In this document: piece by piece, positions 52,148-63,649 of the stretch | Layout: each line of letters starts with the position of its first letter | Position numbering within the stretch: the first letter of the stretch is position 1 | Source: Chlorokybus atmophyticus | Taxonomy: Eukaryota; Plantae; Mesostigma and Chlorokybus algae | Length of the DNA: 64,000 nucleotides | Direction: 5' to 3' | Assembly (NCBI GenBank): GCA_009103225.1 | Contig: RHPI01000810.1 | Coordinates: forward strand, 186,001 to 250,000 | The notes under the pieces: model-generated | The model's database searches: none | Told to the model about the DNA's origin: nothing | What the model saw: only the letters and a program-made list of their open reading frames with translations | Position numbers and translations under genes: made by a program

Positions 52148-53011
52148 CAACACCCTTTGTGGGATCTAGGTTAGCGCGCAGTTGGGCGCCGTAACTCGGC
52201 TTTCGGTTCATCCCGCATCGCCAGTTCTGCTTACAAAAAATGGCCCACTTGGAACTCTCATTCATGACCCGGGTTCAATTAAGCAACCCGGGCAGCTTAC
52301 CTATTTAAAGTTTGAGAATATGTCGAGACCGTACCGGTAACTCCATATGCTTCAAGATTGCGACCCGCAAATCTTGAAGCATTACTGAAAAGCGCAAGCG
52401 AATAAGGGTGAAAAGCACATAAGCCACAATAAAGGTGGCGGTAAATGCGATACGGTTAACCTGCAAACCTTGTTTTATATGCTGCATGTAAGCATGCTGA
52501 TATTTCAAATTGTGATGATTGAACAAAGCCGTGTACAACAGGATCACCACACATGAACGCATGCATACAAGCACGTGAAGCACCTCGTATACAATCCGAC
52601 ATGACAATGTTTTGATTGATAAAACTGTTCTACGTGTCGAGGTCGTATGTACAGTATGACCACATTAAGACACTTTCAAAGGGATGTATTATTTTTCCTC
52701 ACAATACTAAACGTTGAAACGCGTGATATAATTGCAATACCATTATGTGTATTTGCAGTGTTCAATGTCATTGAGCGCCATGAACCCTTTGTCCATCAAT
52801 CTTGCTTATGCATGCACTATTAGTAGCTGACAACGCAATGACTGAGTGACTTTTAGCTTGGCCGATAGCTTGCCCTAATCTGTACAAGCTGTCAGGTATC
52901 ATCCAAGGACCCTACAGCTTTGGTTGGCTACAAGTGGCAATTGTGCAGTCACTAACTAACCGTCACCCTAACTACGCTGCCAATGCAGTGCAGTCGGCAC
53001 TGCCCCTCCAC

Positions 53012-53021
53012 GTCACGTGAC
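53012..53021. promoter_or_regulatory. GTCACGTGAC palindrome upstream of the Tubby-like gene
   Basis: Exact 10-mer at the start of the GC-rich island preceding the Tubby-like ATG. Confidence 0.55.
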
Positions 53022-53430
53022 AAGCGGTGCCTCTCTGGCAGCGGCGGGGGGGGGGGCGGCGGCATCAACAAAGGCGTCGTGACGTGGCTTATCAACGTCG
53101 TCGTCGCGTTACGTGCCGACGCCGAGTGCTGCTGCTGCTGGAAGGCTGCCACGACGGCCTGCCGTTGTTCAACACTTGATTGCACTCGGCCCCTAGCTAG
53201 CCCCTCTGGCGTATTGGTAGAGAGCGCTTGCTGTTTGCCTGGGTAGAGTGTCACCCTTACGACGTTGGCATATGCTGCACAGTGTGCAGGAGCGGCACAG
53301 TTGATTAGAACAATACGCGAGTGTTGTTGTGGCTGCAGCAGATGCCTAGAATCTAAGCGCTGTAGCAGGGGCTCCCTGTCCTGCTCGTCCTCCTACTTCG
53401 CCTGGTTTGCAATCAGCGGGTGGTGGCAGG

Positions 53431-56400
53431 ATGTTTATGCAGAAGGACAGTTTCCTGGATCACAAGGGGGGTCAAGAGCAGGATGAGGAGGAGGAGGGAG
53501 ATGGACCCCCTGCCGCCGTGCCCCTGGCTGCCAGACAGGCCCAGGCTGTGCGGCCTGTCTCTGCCAACACGTACAGCAACAGCAACAGCAACAGGTGAGA
53601 GCAGCAGAGCTTAACGATCTGCCAGCTCTCAAGGCAGCTGGCAGTTAACTGAGTGTCGAGAAGATTGCCCTTGTGAGGCTAACACACTTACACAAATAGT
53701 TTATTTAACCTTCCAGCAGCACGCCTTCTTACAAAGACAGCCTCGGCGGCGATTCTTACACGCCGCCAGCAAGGATCAAAACCAAGCCGTTCACTCCTCC
53801 TGATCTGCAACGCCGGCCAAGCACAGGTGCAAGCTTTCAACTTTGTAAATGCTGCTGGATGGCTGATTGAATACTTATCTTATATAGTTATCTTTTTCTG
53901 TTAGCCTTTTGCTTAAGTGTGCGGCAATCAGCACGCATTGCACACAAGCATGGCATTGACAGCTGATCAAATGGTTGGGGCGAGCAGGCGGTGATGTGCT
54001 GTCATCCACGTTTGCTCCCCAAGAGTCTGCGCGCAGCAGCCAGCTGAGCACCTTTCCCATCAGCGCCACGCCCACCGGTGGTGATGTAAGCTTGTGAGGT
54101 GTGAGCCTTTTTCAAGCATACACAAGTGTCAGCTCACGCTCTATGTGTTGTGCATGCCAGATGTCGCCTGCGCAAAGGCTGCAACAGCAGCTCAACCGCA
54201 ACGCTGAGAAGAGGATGGCCCGCACATTGACGGGAGGTGCGTTTGCACTGTGGGTTTGTGTAGTGCTATGCACAGACACAATAGCAGCCAATGTCGGCTA
54301 TTTTGAAGAGATAAAAGTAAGCACATGAGTATGCGCATGTGCAATGCAGGCATGGCGGTGAGCAACGACTTGACGCCTCGCTCACGGCCGATGAGTGCTT
54401 CGGGCAATCGGAGCGGCAGCAACACCCCGCGCAGTCGCCCAGGCTCTGCAAGGTGAACATTGTGGGTGGGTGTGGGTGCGTGCATGTGCGTGCATGTGTG
54501 ACTGCACAGAGGACAACAGAAGCCTGAACGAGTAGAGAACAGTTAACCGACGCTCAGTGCTGCAACAGGCCGCAGACTCCTCAAAGCCCCATGGCGTTCT
54601 CGCACCTCTCACCAGCCTCGGAACACGCTCACAGGTGTGGGGAGGTTTTGAATATATACCCACAGTTGTAAGCATGTAGGGTGTATATGTGATGACATGT
54701 CACCCTCAGTGCATCACACCCTCAGTGAAAACAAGGGCTTGGCCATTTGCAGGACGGGTGCAGATCCCAATGGGGCCCTTTCGTTGCGGGAACAAAGCAG
54801 GCTGGCTGCTGTGGCTGATGCCAGAGTACGTACAAGTGATTGGTAGACATGCACAAGGGTTGCTAATTCACTGCACTGCGCACGTAGTGCAAGTGTTGCT
54901 GCATGCAAAGGCCGTGAGAACGGCGGCGGTGTCGCAAACAGTTATATCGTAAGGCGTATACTGCAAGCACTATCTCACTCTGGACTGTTGTTGCAGGATG
55001 ATGTGAAGCAGCTAGGTTCAGAGCATTCTGCACAAGCTACAGAGGTTGGTTAGCCACCATCAAACTCAGGACTTGCACTGCGAGAAGCCATGCTCCCTCA
55101 CAGTTTTGATTATGGAAGGGTTGAAGTCTGTGTTGCACTGTGCAGGTGGAGCAAGGGATGCTGGCACTTGGTATTGCTCCGGTAAGATAGCGACATGCGT
55201 GTGATCAGTTTGCGTGTGTCGTTTGCATACAATCAATCAGCAGACAAGTTGCTGTGGTTGAGTGTTTTGAGTTGTCAGGTTTATGACCCGACTGAAGGCG
55301 ATGCGTTGTTGCCTCTGGAGAAGCCTCTGAATGGTTACGGTGCTGCCACATCTGCGCTGGACTTGTCGGACATGCGCTCTTTCCTGCTTAGGGTACAGCA
55401 TGGATGTGACAAGGTTGATGTTGTGCATGCATCTGATGGTAGTCGCTGACACTTGTGCGCTGTAGCCTGCTCCGAGGAATGTGAGGTCCATGCTGTGTTA
55501 CATACGACGAGACAAGGGAAAGCCAAAGCTGTTTCCCAAGTACGTAAACTCATGGGGTGCTGTGTGGAATGGGAACCCCTGTGCTTCTTGCCTGGTTTTT
55601 GAGGTATGTTGACATGGTCCAACGTGCAGGTACACGCTGTGGCTCAATGATGGGGACAGGTAGGTGGACTGTTGTTCGTTTGCAAGGCTTTCCTTACAGG
55701 GCAGTCAACACTTGCACTGCATGAATGAAGTGCATATCAAAGAAGTGTATGCCAGCCATATTGGCCAATGCACACTTACACTTCACAGTCCAGACTGTTT
55801 CAACACTGTGTCTCGCTCTACGGCAGGTTTCTACTTTCAGCACGCAAAAGGAAAAAGAGTAAGTCAAGGTAGGTTGTCATCATATTATGTGCAGTGGCAT
55901 GCATTGGTGTCTGACCCATGCACTTTTGTTCCTTATAGTTTTGCTCAATTGATGCTTGCCTGACTCTCAGCAACTATCTCATATCGCTTGACGAGGACGA
56001 CATGACGCGGCAAAGCGGAAACTACTTTGGCAAGGTAAAGACACAAGAACCTGTTGGCTCGCCCTTCAACGCGTTGACTGACTGACTGACTGACTGTGCA
56101 ACTTATTGACTTTGACAAAGCTAGCTGTTGACTGCAACTCAATGTTAGGTGCGCTCCAACTTTGTGGGCACAGAGTTCACTGTGTACGACAAGGGCTGCA
56201 AACCGAGTGAGGCTGCCACCGGAGGGTAAAATACGCACGCACGCAGACACGCACAACAAGCAGTCCATGTTGTCAGAGTCCCTCTGGTAAATCGCTGACC
56301 AGCATCTTATCTTACAGCCCCGGGGGTGCTCTCCCTGCCCCGGTGCGATGCGAGCTAGCGGCCGTGTCTTACCAGTTCAACGTGATGGGCACGAGGGGCC

Positions 56401-57151
56401 CGCGACGCATGACGGCGATCATCCCCGCGCTTGACGGCAAGGGAGAGCGATACACCTTCCGCTCACAAGACGACCAGGTGAGCCATCATCTGGTAATATT
56501 GTGCGATGATAGCGACCAGAGTTCACAACTATTGTCTCAGTGCCGGAAGTGTCATAGCAGTGTGTTGTTGTTTTTGACCGCACTGACTGTCTTGCAGCAA
56601 GGTTTGCTGGAGAAGCAGAGGAGAGGCGAAGATACTGACAAGTTGGTGGTGATGCGTAACAAACCTCCCAAGTGGAACAATGAGGTTCGCTTATCCCCAA
56701 CCATCTACACGAATCCCAAGCGCTATCTGCTAGTAACATGATGTTCATGTTACACAGCTTGGAGCTTACTGTCTCAACTTCAATGGTCGTGTCACGCACG
56801 CCTCAGTGAAAAACTTTCAGGTACACCATGGCACGCAATAGAGGTCCAACCAAACTAGTGTGACCTTTTGCAGATGTACACACAAGCTTATTGATACGCT
56901 TGTGTAACACAGCTGGTGACCGATGACGACAAGGATGCCGTCATCCTGCAGTTTGGAAAGGTTGGCAAGAATGCGTTCACTATGGACTACAGGTGGCCAA
57001 TGTCCGCATTGCAGGTGAGAGGGCAAGCAGTAGTAGTCTACAGTGTCTTGAGCCTGCCTTGCATGCTGATAGTTTTATCATGTCTTATGTACGTATGCAG
57101 GCTTTTTCCATCTGCCTGACAAGTTTCGATAATAAGCTGGCATGCGAGTGA
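53431..57151 (+). CDS. TLP: Tubby-like protein (C-terminal Tub domain, low-complexity N-terminus)
   Basis: [157 protein letters not shown]. Confidence 0.95.
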
Positions 57152-58090
57152 GCATGCTGATCAAAAGGCCCAAGCGAATATTTGCGTTTGGCATCGTTGA
57201 AGTAACTGCAGCATAGGTACTTGACCAGATGTGCAGATCGATTAGCATTAGATCAACGCAAGTCTTACGCGTGTTGATTGCAATAAATTATTTATAAGCC
57301 CAATGCTGCAAGCGTGCAACACCTTTTCTAATGTTTGTCGCAATATTGCTTAAGACAAATTAAGCAAAGATCTTCTCGAGTTCAATTGCGGTCCAGTCTC
57401 CTCAAGTTCACCACTTGCAAGACGTGGAGTCTCAATGAGTGCATTGCATAATGCTTAACACGACACGTAAGTGTGCACATCACTTTACCCTTGAAGGTGG
57501 CTCACCTCCATAATCACGCACCAAAGGTGCGCCAGTCACTTTCTACTCTTTATGGGACTTAATGATGTTGATTCCTTTTTGCAACTATTTTAAGCCCTCT
57601 ATAGCCAAGAACAGAGGGTGGGCCACTCTCTATTGTAGTGACCAAGTCGCCTACTATGCTTACTTATGCTTAGATTTACGTGGCGTGTTTTGCTCTTGCA
57701 AGAAACACCTCACATGGATTGGAACACTCCAGAACTCCCCAAGTTGCATGAAAGTCGTCATAGTATTTACGGCACAAATCATGTCACTTTCTCAGGGCCC
57801 AATCAATACTAGTACATGAGCACCTGTATGCTCGCAGAGCAAGCTGATCGCCAGAGCTGGGCCAGAAGCTCTGGCGGTCAGCCCTGTGCGCGCTACTGGC
57901 AGTTGAAAGTAGCTTGCTCGCGACTGCCAGTACAGTCGGTTCTCTGAAACTGGTCTCGTGCATTACGTGCCAGTTGAAAGCACTTTCAACTGGTATGGCT
58001 GCTGGAGACTACCAGCAGTGGAAACTGAAACTGGCCACATCCGAAACCACACGCCTTGCATTGCTGCCAGTGTTGTCAGTGTCGTCGTCA

Positions 58091-61051
58091 ATGGCGACGG
58101 CGGCGTTGAGGCCGGTCCCCATGCTGCTGTACACCTCGCCGACGTTCTCAGCCTCCTCGTGGCTGGCCGGCGATGCCAGCAAGTCGTCCAGCAAGCGGCT
58201 GCCGAAGGGGCGCGCTGTAGCTGTCAGCTTCCGCCGTTGCCACAGGGGCGGCTCAAGCAGGGTTGGGGTGGTTGCTTCAGCTGGGAGCACTGAGGAGGTA
58301 TGCGTGACTTAATGCAGCCATACGTGTTGTCTCTTTTCTGTTGCATGCGGGAGGCTTTGTTCTACGCTCCGTGGCACTACATAGTCTGGGCAATGCATGC
58401 GCTGCCGGTGTGGTGAACACACAGTCAGATTCCAGCGTGCTGCATGAAAGCTGCAATGTGGGGTTTGAGTGCATGCTGTTGCGCCAACAGGTTGATGCGG
58501 TGGTCATTGGCGCTGGGTTGGCCGGGCTGTGCTGTGCCAGAACACTAACCCGTGCTGGCAAGTCCGTTGCTGTGCTGGAGGTAATAGACAAAACGTAATA
58601 GCAGTCTGTGTCGACTTCAAGCTCAACTTGCATGAACACTTATGCTGTTGCAGGCTTCTGATGGAGTAGGCGGCAGGTGTCGGACGGACGAGCATGAGGG
58701 CTTCTTGCTGGACCGCGGCTTCCACATATTCTCCACAGGGTATGCTGGTAAGCAACAGGTTTACCGCCAGCCTTGAATGCTGCCCCAATGCTTACCCGGT
58801 TTCATGCACTCAGAGGCCCAGAAGGTCCTCGACTACGAGGCGTTGGATTTTCGGAGGTTTTATGCGGGAGCTCTGGTTCGCTTTGACAACAGTTTTCACC
58901 GTGTTGCGGTAAGGCTCCCTTTTGACCGTGTATGTATCACGCCACATATGGCGCTTGTGCATTTGCTGCATAATACGTTCGTCTCTTGCTGCAGGACCCT
59001 TTCAGACACGTGGTGGATGGGGTGTTCTCATTGCCCAATGCAGTTGGATCAGTGCTGGACAAGCTCCTTGTTGGACTGGTAAGTGCTGACAGCTGTCTCC
59101 CCTTCCTAAAGCAATGTCCCTTCACGTAGCAACCAAAGTATGAATCCGCAATGCGCAACTACTTGCATTGATTATCAAATGAGATCATTCATCTTGTAGG
59201 TAAGGTTTTCTACGCTAGCAGAGTCAGAAGAGGCGATATACACAAAGCCAGAGTCTACCATTGAGGAGCGACTAAGAAAGATCGGCTTTTCAGAGGCCAT
59301 GGTGAGCTTACAGCATGTGCCCATGCTGCCCTCGTCATCATGGCACTGCTGTCTGTCATTTGATGTGTGTTCTGTGTGCCTTACACAGACATGTAGTACA
59401 CATGTGGATGCATAGTTCTCTAGTGCAACTTGTTGGCTCGTCATTTCCAGTCAGTAACTTATGCTCTCCCGTGCCGTTGCTCAGATTGACCGCTTTTTCA
59501 GACCCTTTTTTGGAGGCATCTTCTTTGACAACAAGCTACGCACATCCTCCAGGCAAGTTGTTAGTAATAAAACGCCTTTGGTGTCTCAAACCCATACGAG
59601 TTGTATAAATTAGTCCGTTATGTTGGTCACACCAGGATGTTCTACTCTGTGTTTCGCACACTTGCGTTGGGAGACAACTGCCTACCAGCAAAGGGCATAG
59701 GAGAAATCCCTGCACAGGTGACGGTGTGACCGACCAGCATGCACAGTCTGTGTGCTGTACAATGTAATATGACCTGCATGTTGGATTGTCCAGATTGCGC
59801 GGAGCTTGCCATCAGGCACAGTGCGGCTGAACAACCGCGTGCAGTCCGTTGCAGCTGATGCCCTTGCCGTGACGCTGGCCAACGGACAAAGTGTGCGCGC
59901 ACGAGATGGCATTGTGGTTGCGGTGAGTCTTGCACGGTAGGTCAGCTAGTGGCCAGTTGCATTTCCAGCAATCACTCCCTGCATCAGCCCATGCAACTAC
60001 ACATGGTACATGAACACGGTAATGATTACACCCTATTGAGGTCATGCCACTGTATCATTCAGGCCGATGGGCCAGCGGCAGCAAAGTTGTTGGGCAGCGC
60101 TCTGGCAGCATCACCATCAACAGAAGGAGACCCAGTAGGCACCATCTGCTTGTACTTCGTTACGGTGGGTGGGTGGCAGCCACTTCATCAAGCAACATGT
60201 GTTCATGCACGTAGCACTTGCTCACTGGGTGTTGCAGACAAGGCCACCGCGCAGCGAGAACATCCTATACCTGAATGGTGAGGGGCGAGGCATCGTTAAC
60301 AACATGTGCTTCCCAAGTTGGTAGGTTGCCGATGGGGTTTGCTTGGCTACTGCAATGCTCATTGCAGCTCGGCACTGGTAACGCATGGCAACGATTACGG
60401 AGTGCATGTGCTTTTATTGCAAGGCCACTGCATTTGAAAAGGCATTACAGCAAGAACGTGTCGTACGTGGTAGATCAATCTGCAACCTGACCATGCTGTT
60501 GATGATGCTGGCAGCGTTGCATCGTCATATGCCCCACCTGGGAAGACGCTTGTGTCTGTATCGCTGGTCGGCACATATCCTAGTAAGTCAGATCAGGAGC
60601 TGCAAGACACGGTGCTGGCAGAAGTAGCAGCCTGGTTTGGCGAGTCAGAGGTGTCCACTTGGAGGCACTTGTGTACATACCGCATTCCTTTCGCACAGGT
60701 AAGCGCAGGATGGTTGCACGCGCACAGCTTAGTCAGGACATACATGACGGTGAAATGTTGGTATCCTCGCAGCCAAACCAGTCCCCGCCAACAAACTTCA
60801 GAAGACCTGTGCGCTTGTCTCGCGGCCTGTATGTGTGCGGTGATCACCGCGACCCAGCAACGGTAAATAGAGATCTGGTGTGCAATGCTTACTCAACAGT
60901 TACTCAGCGTTGTTCTGCAAGAACTTATATACAATATGCTTTGCAGTTTGATGCAGCCATGGTGTCTGGGAGACGAGCAGCGGAGGCATTGCTGGAGGAT
61001 GCAGGAGTTACTGTGTCAGGGTTCAAGGAGGCTGCTCAAGTGTCACTATGA
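58091..61051 (+). CDS. FAD-dependent oxidoreductase (amine oxidase/phytoene dehydrogenase superfamily) with plastid-like transit peptide
   Basis: Rossmann motif VDAVVIGAGLAGL, LEASDGVGGRCRTD, GFLLDRGFHIF, EAQKVLDYEALDFRRFY, DPFRH, RPFFGGIFFD, PILYLNGEGRGIVNN, WRHLCTYRIPFAQPNQSPP, GLYVCGDHRDPAT, AAMVSGRRAAEA. Confidence 0.9.
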
Positions 61052-63649
61052 CCAGCTTGCATTTGCGCTCATTTCTATTCGCAGCTTATGCTGTAACTGA
61101 GTTGTCGGCAGGAATTTTCTGATTCACTTCACTTGCTTAGCAACACTGTATGTAACAAGTTGACCTGTGTAAACGCAGTCTCAAAGATAAAGCTGGATGA
61201 CAGATACGCTCCGTAATGAACAACCTATGCTTTGTAGGAGTGGTTTTGATAACCACTCGAAGCAACACACCTCGACCCGCCAACATTAGCGCCAAATGCA
61301 TGTGCTTACCTCCTCCGCCCTCCGAGAGGCGGTCCCCACCTCCCTGAGGGCAGATGGGGAGTTTAAAGCACAATGCCTTTCGCATCTTGTGTACACCATT
61401 GGCTTTGTGATGAATGGCAATGTGCATACAATGAGTGGTGTGCCTCATTTGCTTTGCACCCGTGTGCTCGATATTCCAAGATTAGTCTACATTGAAAGAT
61501 AGCGCCGTAGACTGTGCATGCTGCGATAGAATTTGCATGCATCTTACGCATACAACGTCACATCACGCCTGCTCCTGCGTCCTCTACACTCCGCTAATTA
61601 TGGCCAACCTGTGCGCCTCAGGTTGGTTAATTCGTACGTTGCCCTGCAACCGCTGCTGCCTGCCGCAAACCACCCATCCACCCACTCATTGCATTGCACA
61701 TAGAAGCACTTAGCATAGTAGTGCCCTGGGTATGATGTCGGCCTGTTTGCTTGCTTGCTTGCTTGACTCTCGTGTGAGCTTGTATATGCACGGAATGTGA
61801 GAGAGCATGTATAAAATTTGACTTGTACCCTATGCATGCCGCGTTCTTTGCCCATGCATATAGAAGGGAAGCAGCAGCGTCTGCACTCATGAAACTTGCA
61901 TTGCATGGTATTCCTGCTTGTAGAGGTTGTGCTGATAACTGTACAGTCAGAGTGTGCTTATAGCGACGTTAGACTATACCGCTGACTACTGTGTGTCAGT
62001 CGCGGTTGCAGTCATCAACGACTCGTTTCCCCACAGCAACAGCAGAATCTGACAAAATCTTTTATGCGAACAAGCGGTAACCTGCCATCAAATCTAAAGG
62101 ACTGCCTTCCGCAGCAAGCCAGTTTGTAATGAGTGCACGACAATGGTTGCTGGAGACTCGCTAGCGGCGAGGCGCGTCAGGGGGACCTCGGCCCTTCAAC
62201 CGGTCCATAACCAACATAGGTCGCCATCAACCGCCGCGAAGCGGCTGTAATTCACTGGCGTTGTTGCCTACGACAGCGATGCACCGGTTGCACGCACGAT
62301 TGCAGCCGGTCCATTGCAGGTGGTGGGGGCAGAGCATGCGTTTTGTCAGCGAGCATACGGAAAGGCTCCAAGCGCAACCGTTACCGTTCCTCCGTAGCCA
62401 CTTTCCGCCTAGCTACCAGAACGGTGTGTCAACCGGACATCTGAGGACGACGTACCTTCTCGCCATGTGTTGTCAGAGTTCTGACAGAGTCATGGCATGA
62501 TGCATTATGCAGCGTGCAGATCATGTAGCAGTTTGCGAAATACTGGCATCCTTTGTGCAATGAACAATGCTGATATATCACGGTATCACCAGCATGGTAT
62601 TGGGCCCACCGGTATTGTTTTAGGCATTCACAGCCATCAAGTTGTGACGCACGACATGACCATACCAGGCTGCTCATGCGTCATGACTCAGAACAGGTGG
62701 ATGTCGCAATTGGTCATGGTCACAAAAACACTCAATGCTGCTCCTGTGAACACGACGGGAACAGTGCTGGCAAGCACGGCACGGCAAGAATAGTCCTTGG
62801 CCTACATACATTGCACTGAGGTACAGGTGTACCATAAAGCAATACGGTAACAGGCCTGCCATATGCGCAGAGGCGCGTCGCAGAGCGGAGAGGTCTGATG
62901 TTCAGGACACGGAGTCCGATGATAATCCGAACCCGTCGTGGGCCGTGACCAGGGGCCCTCACATGACAAGTCTCAACGCTGCGCTCATTATGTTATTGAC
63001 GCCTAAAGCACACCTACGCCTAGGCCTTATGCGAGTCGGTTTATTGAAAACCGCTGCACAAGAGGATGCTTCCAATGAAACAGCTCAGTCACAACTCAGT
63101 TAAGGCTCAGTCACTTTGACCGAGTTGCTGGCTCAGTCAGAGTGCAGCTTGTATGCCTATATACGCAACTCTCCAGCGGCAAGCTATGCAAGCTATGCGA
63201 GCGTCAACTGCGCCATGTCGACACTGGTGAGCCGAAACAGTGGCCCAAACCCCCTTTGGTCCTCGTGATAAAGGCACTGCTGTCTGAGACTCGGCACTGT
63301 GTAGAGTCTCAGACAGCAAGTTGACGGACATGCTATTAGGGCTTCCCGCGCACCGACCGTTCGGCAGTCAAAGCATGCTCAGCAGGCTGCCGGCAGTAGC
63401 AGCATAGGCAGCAGCAGCGGTGGTGGTGGTGGTGGCGTGGGCGGCGGCGGCGGCGGCGGTGTAGGTGGCGATAGCGGTGACGGAGCTTGGATGGAAATTT
63501 GAGTCGTGTTGGGGCTTGGTCGTGGTAGCAAAGTAGCGCAATCGGGTGTTTCATGGGGCGCAAGGCCAGCTGACACCAGTGACTGCTGCAGCTGCTCTTG
63601 CGTGTGTAGGCAGAGACGTTGACATTGTGTGTGTGTGCGCGCGTGCAAA

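Noticed and set aside
1981-52971. Single TTAGGG/CCCTAA hexamers at 1981, 34343 and 52966
   Set aside because: An isolated hexamer is expected many times by chance in 64 kb. Only the triple cluster was kept.
106-61051. TAA/TAG-to-Gln reassignment as in some ulvophytes
   Set aside because: The conserved exons I translated have no in-frame TAA/TAG, and TAG, TAA and TGA all serve as terminal stops.
106-61051. Introner-type repeated introns or AT-AC introns
   Set aside because: No pair of near-identical introns and no AT-AC boundaries were seen. Shared features are only low-complexity tracts and common CAG|GT contexts.
7735-61155. TGTAA chlorophyte-type poly(A) signals downstream of several stops
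   Set aside because: Present near many 3' ends, but a 5-mer is too frequent to call without 3'-end data.
40248-63295. Shared 13-mer CTGAGACTCGGCA at about 40248 and 63284
   Set aside because: Many 13-mer matches are expected by chance in a window this size, and the flanks do not align.
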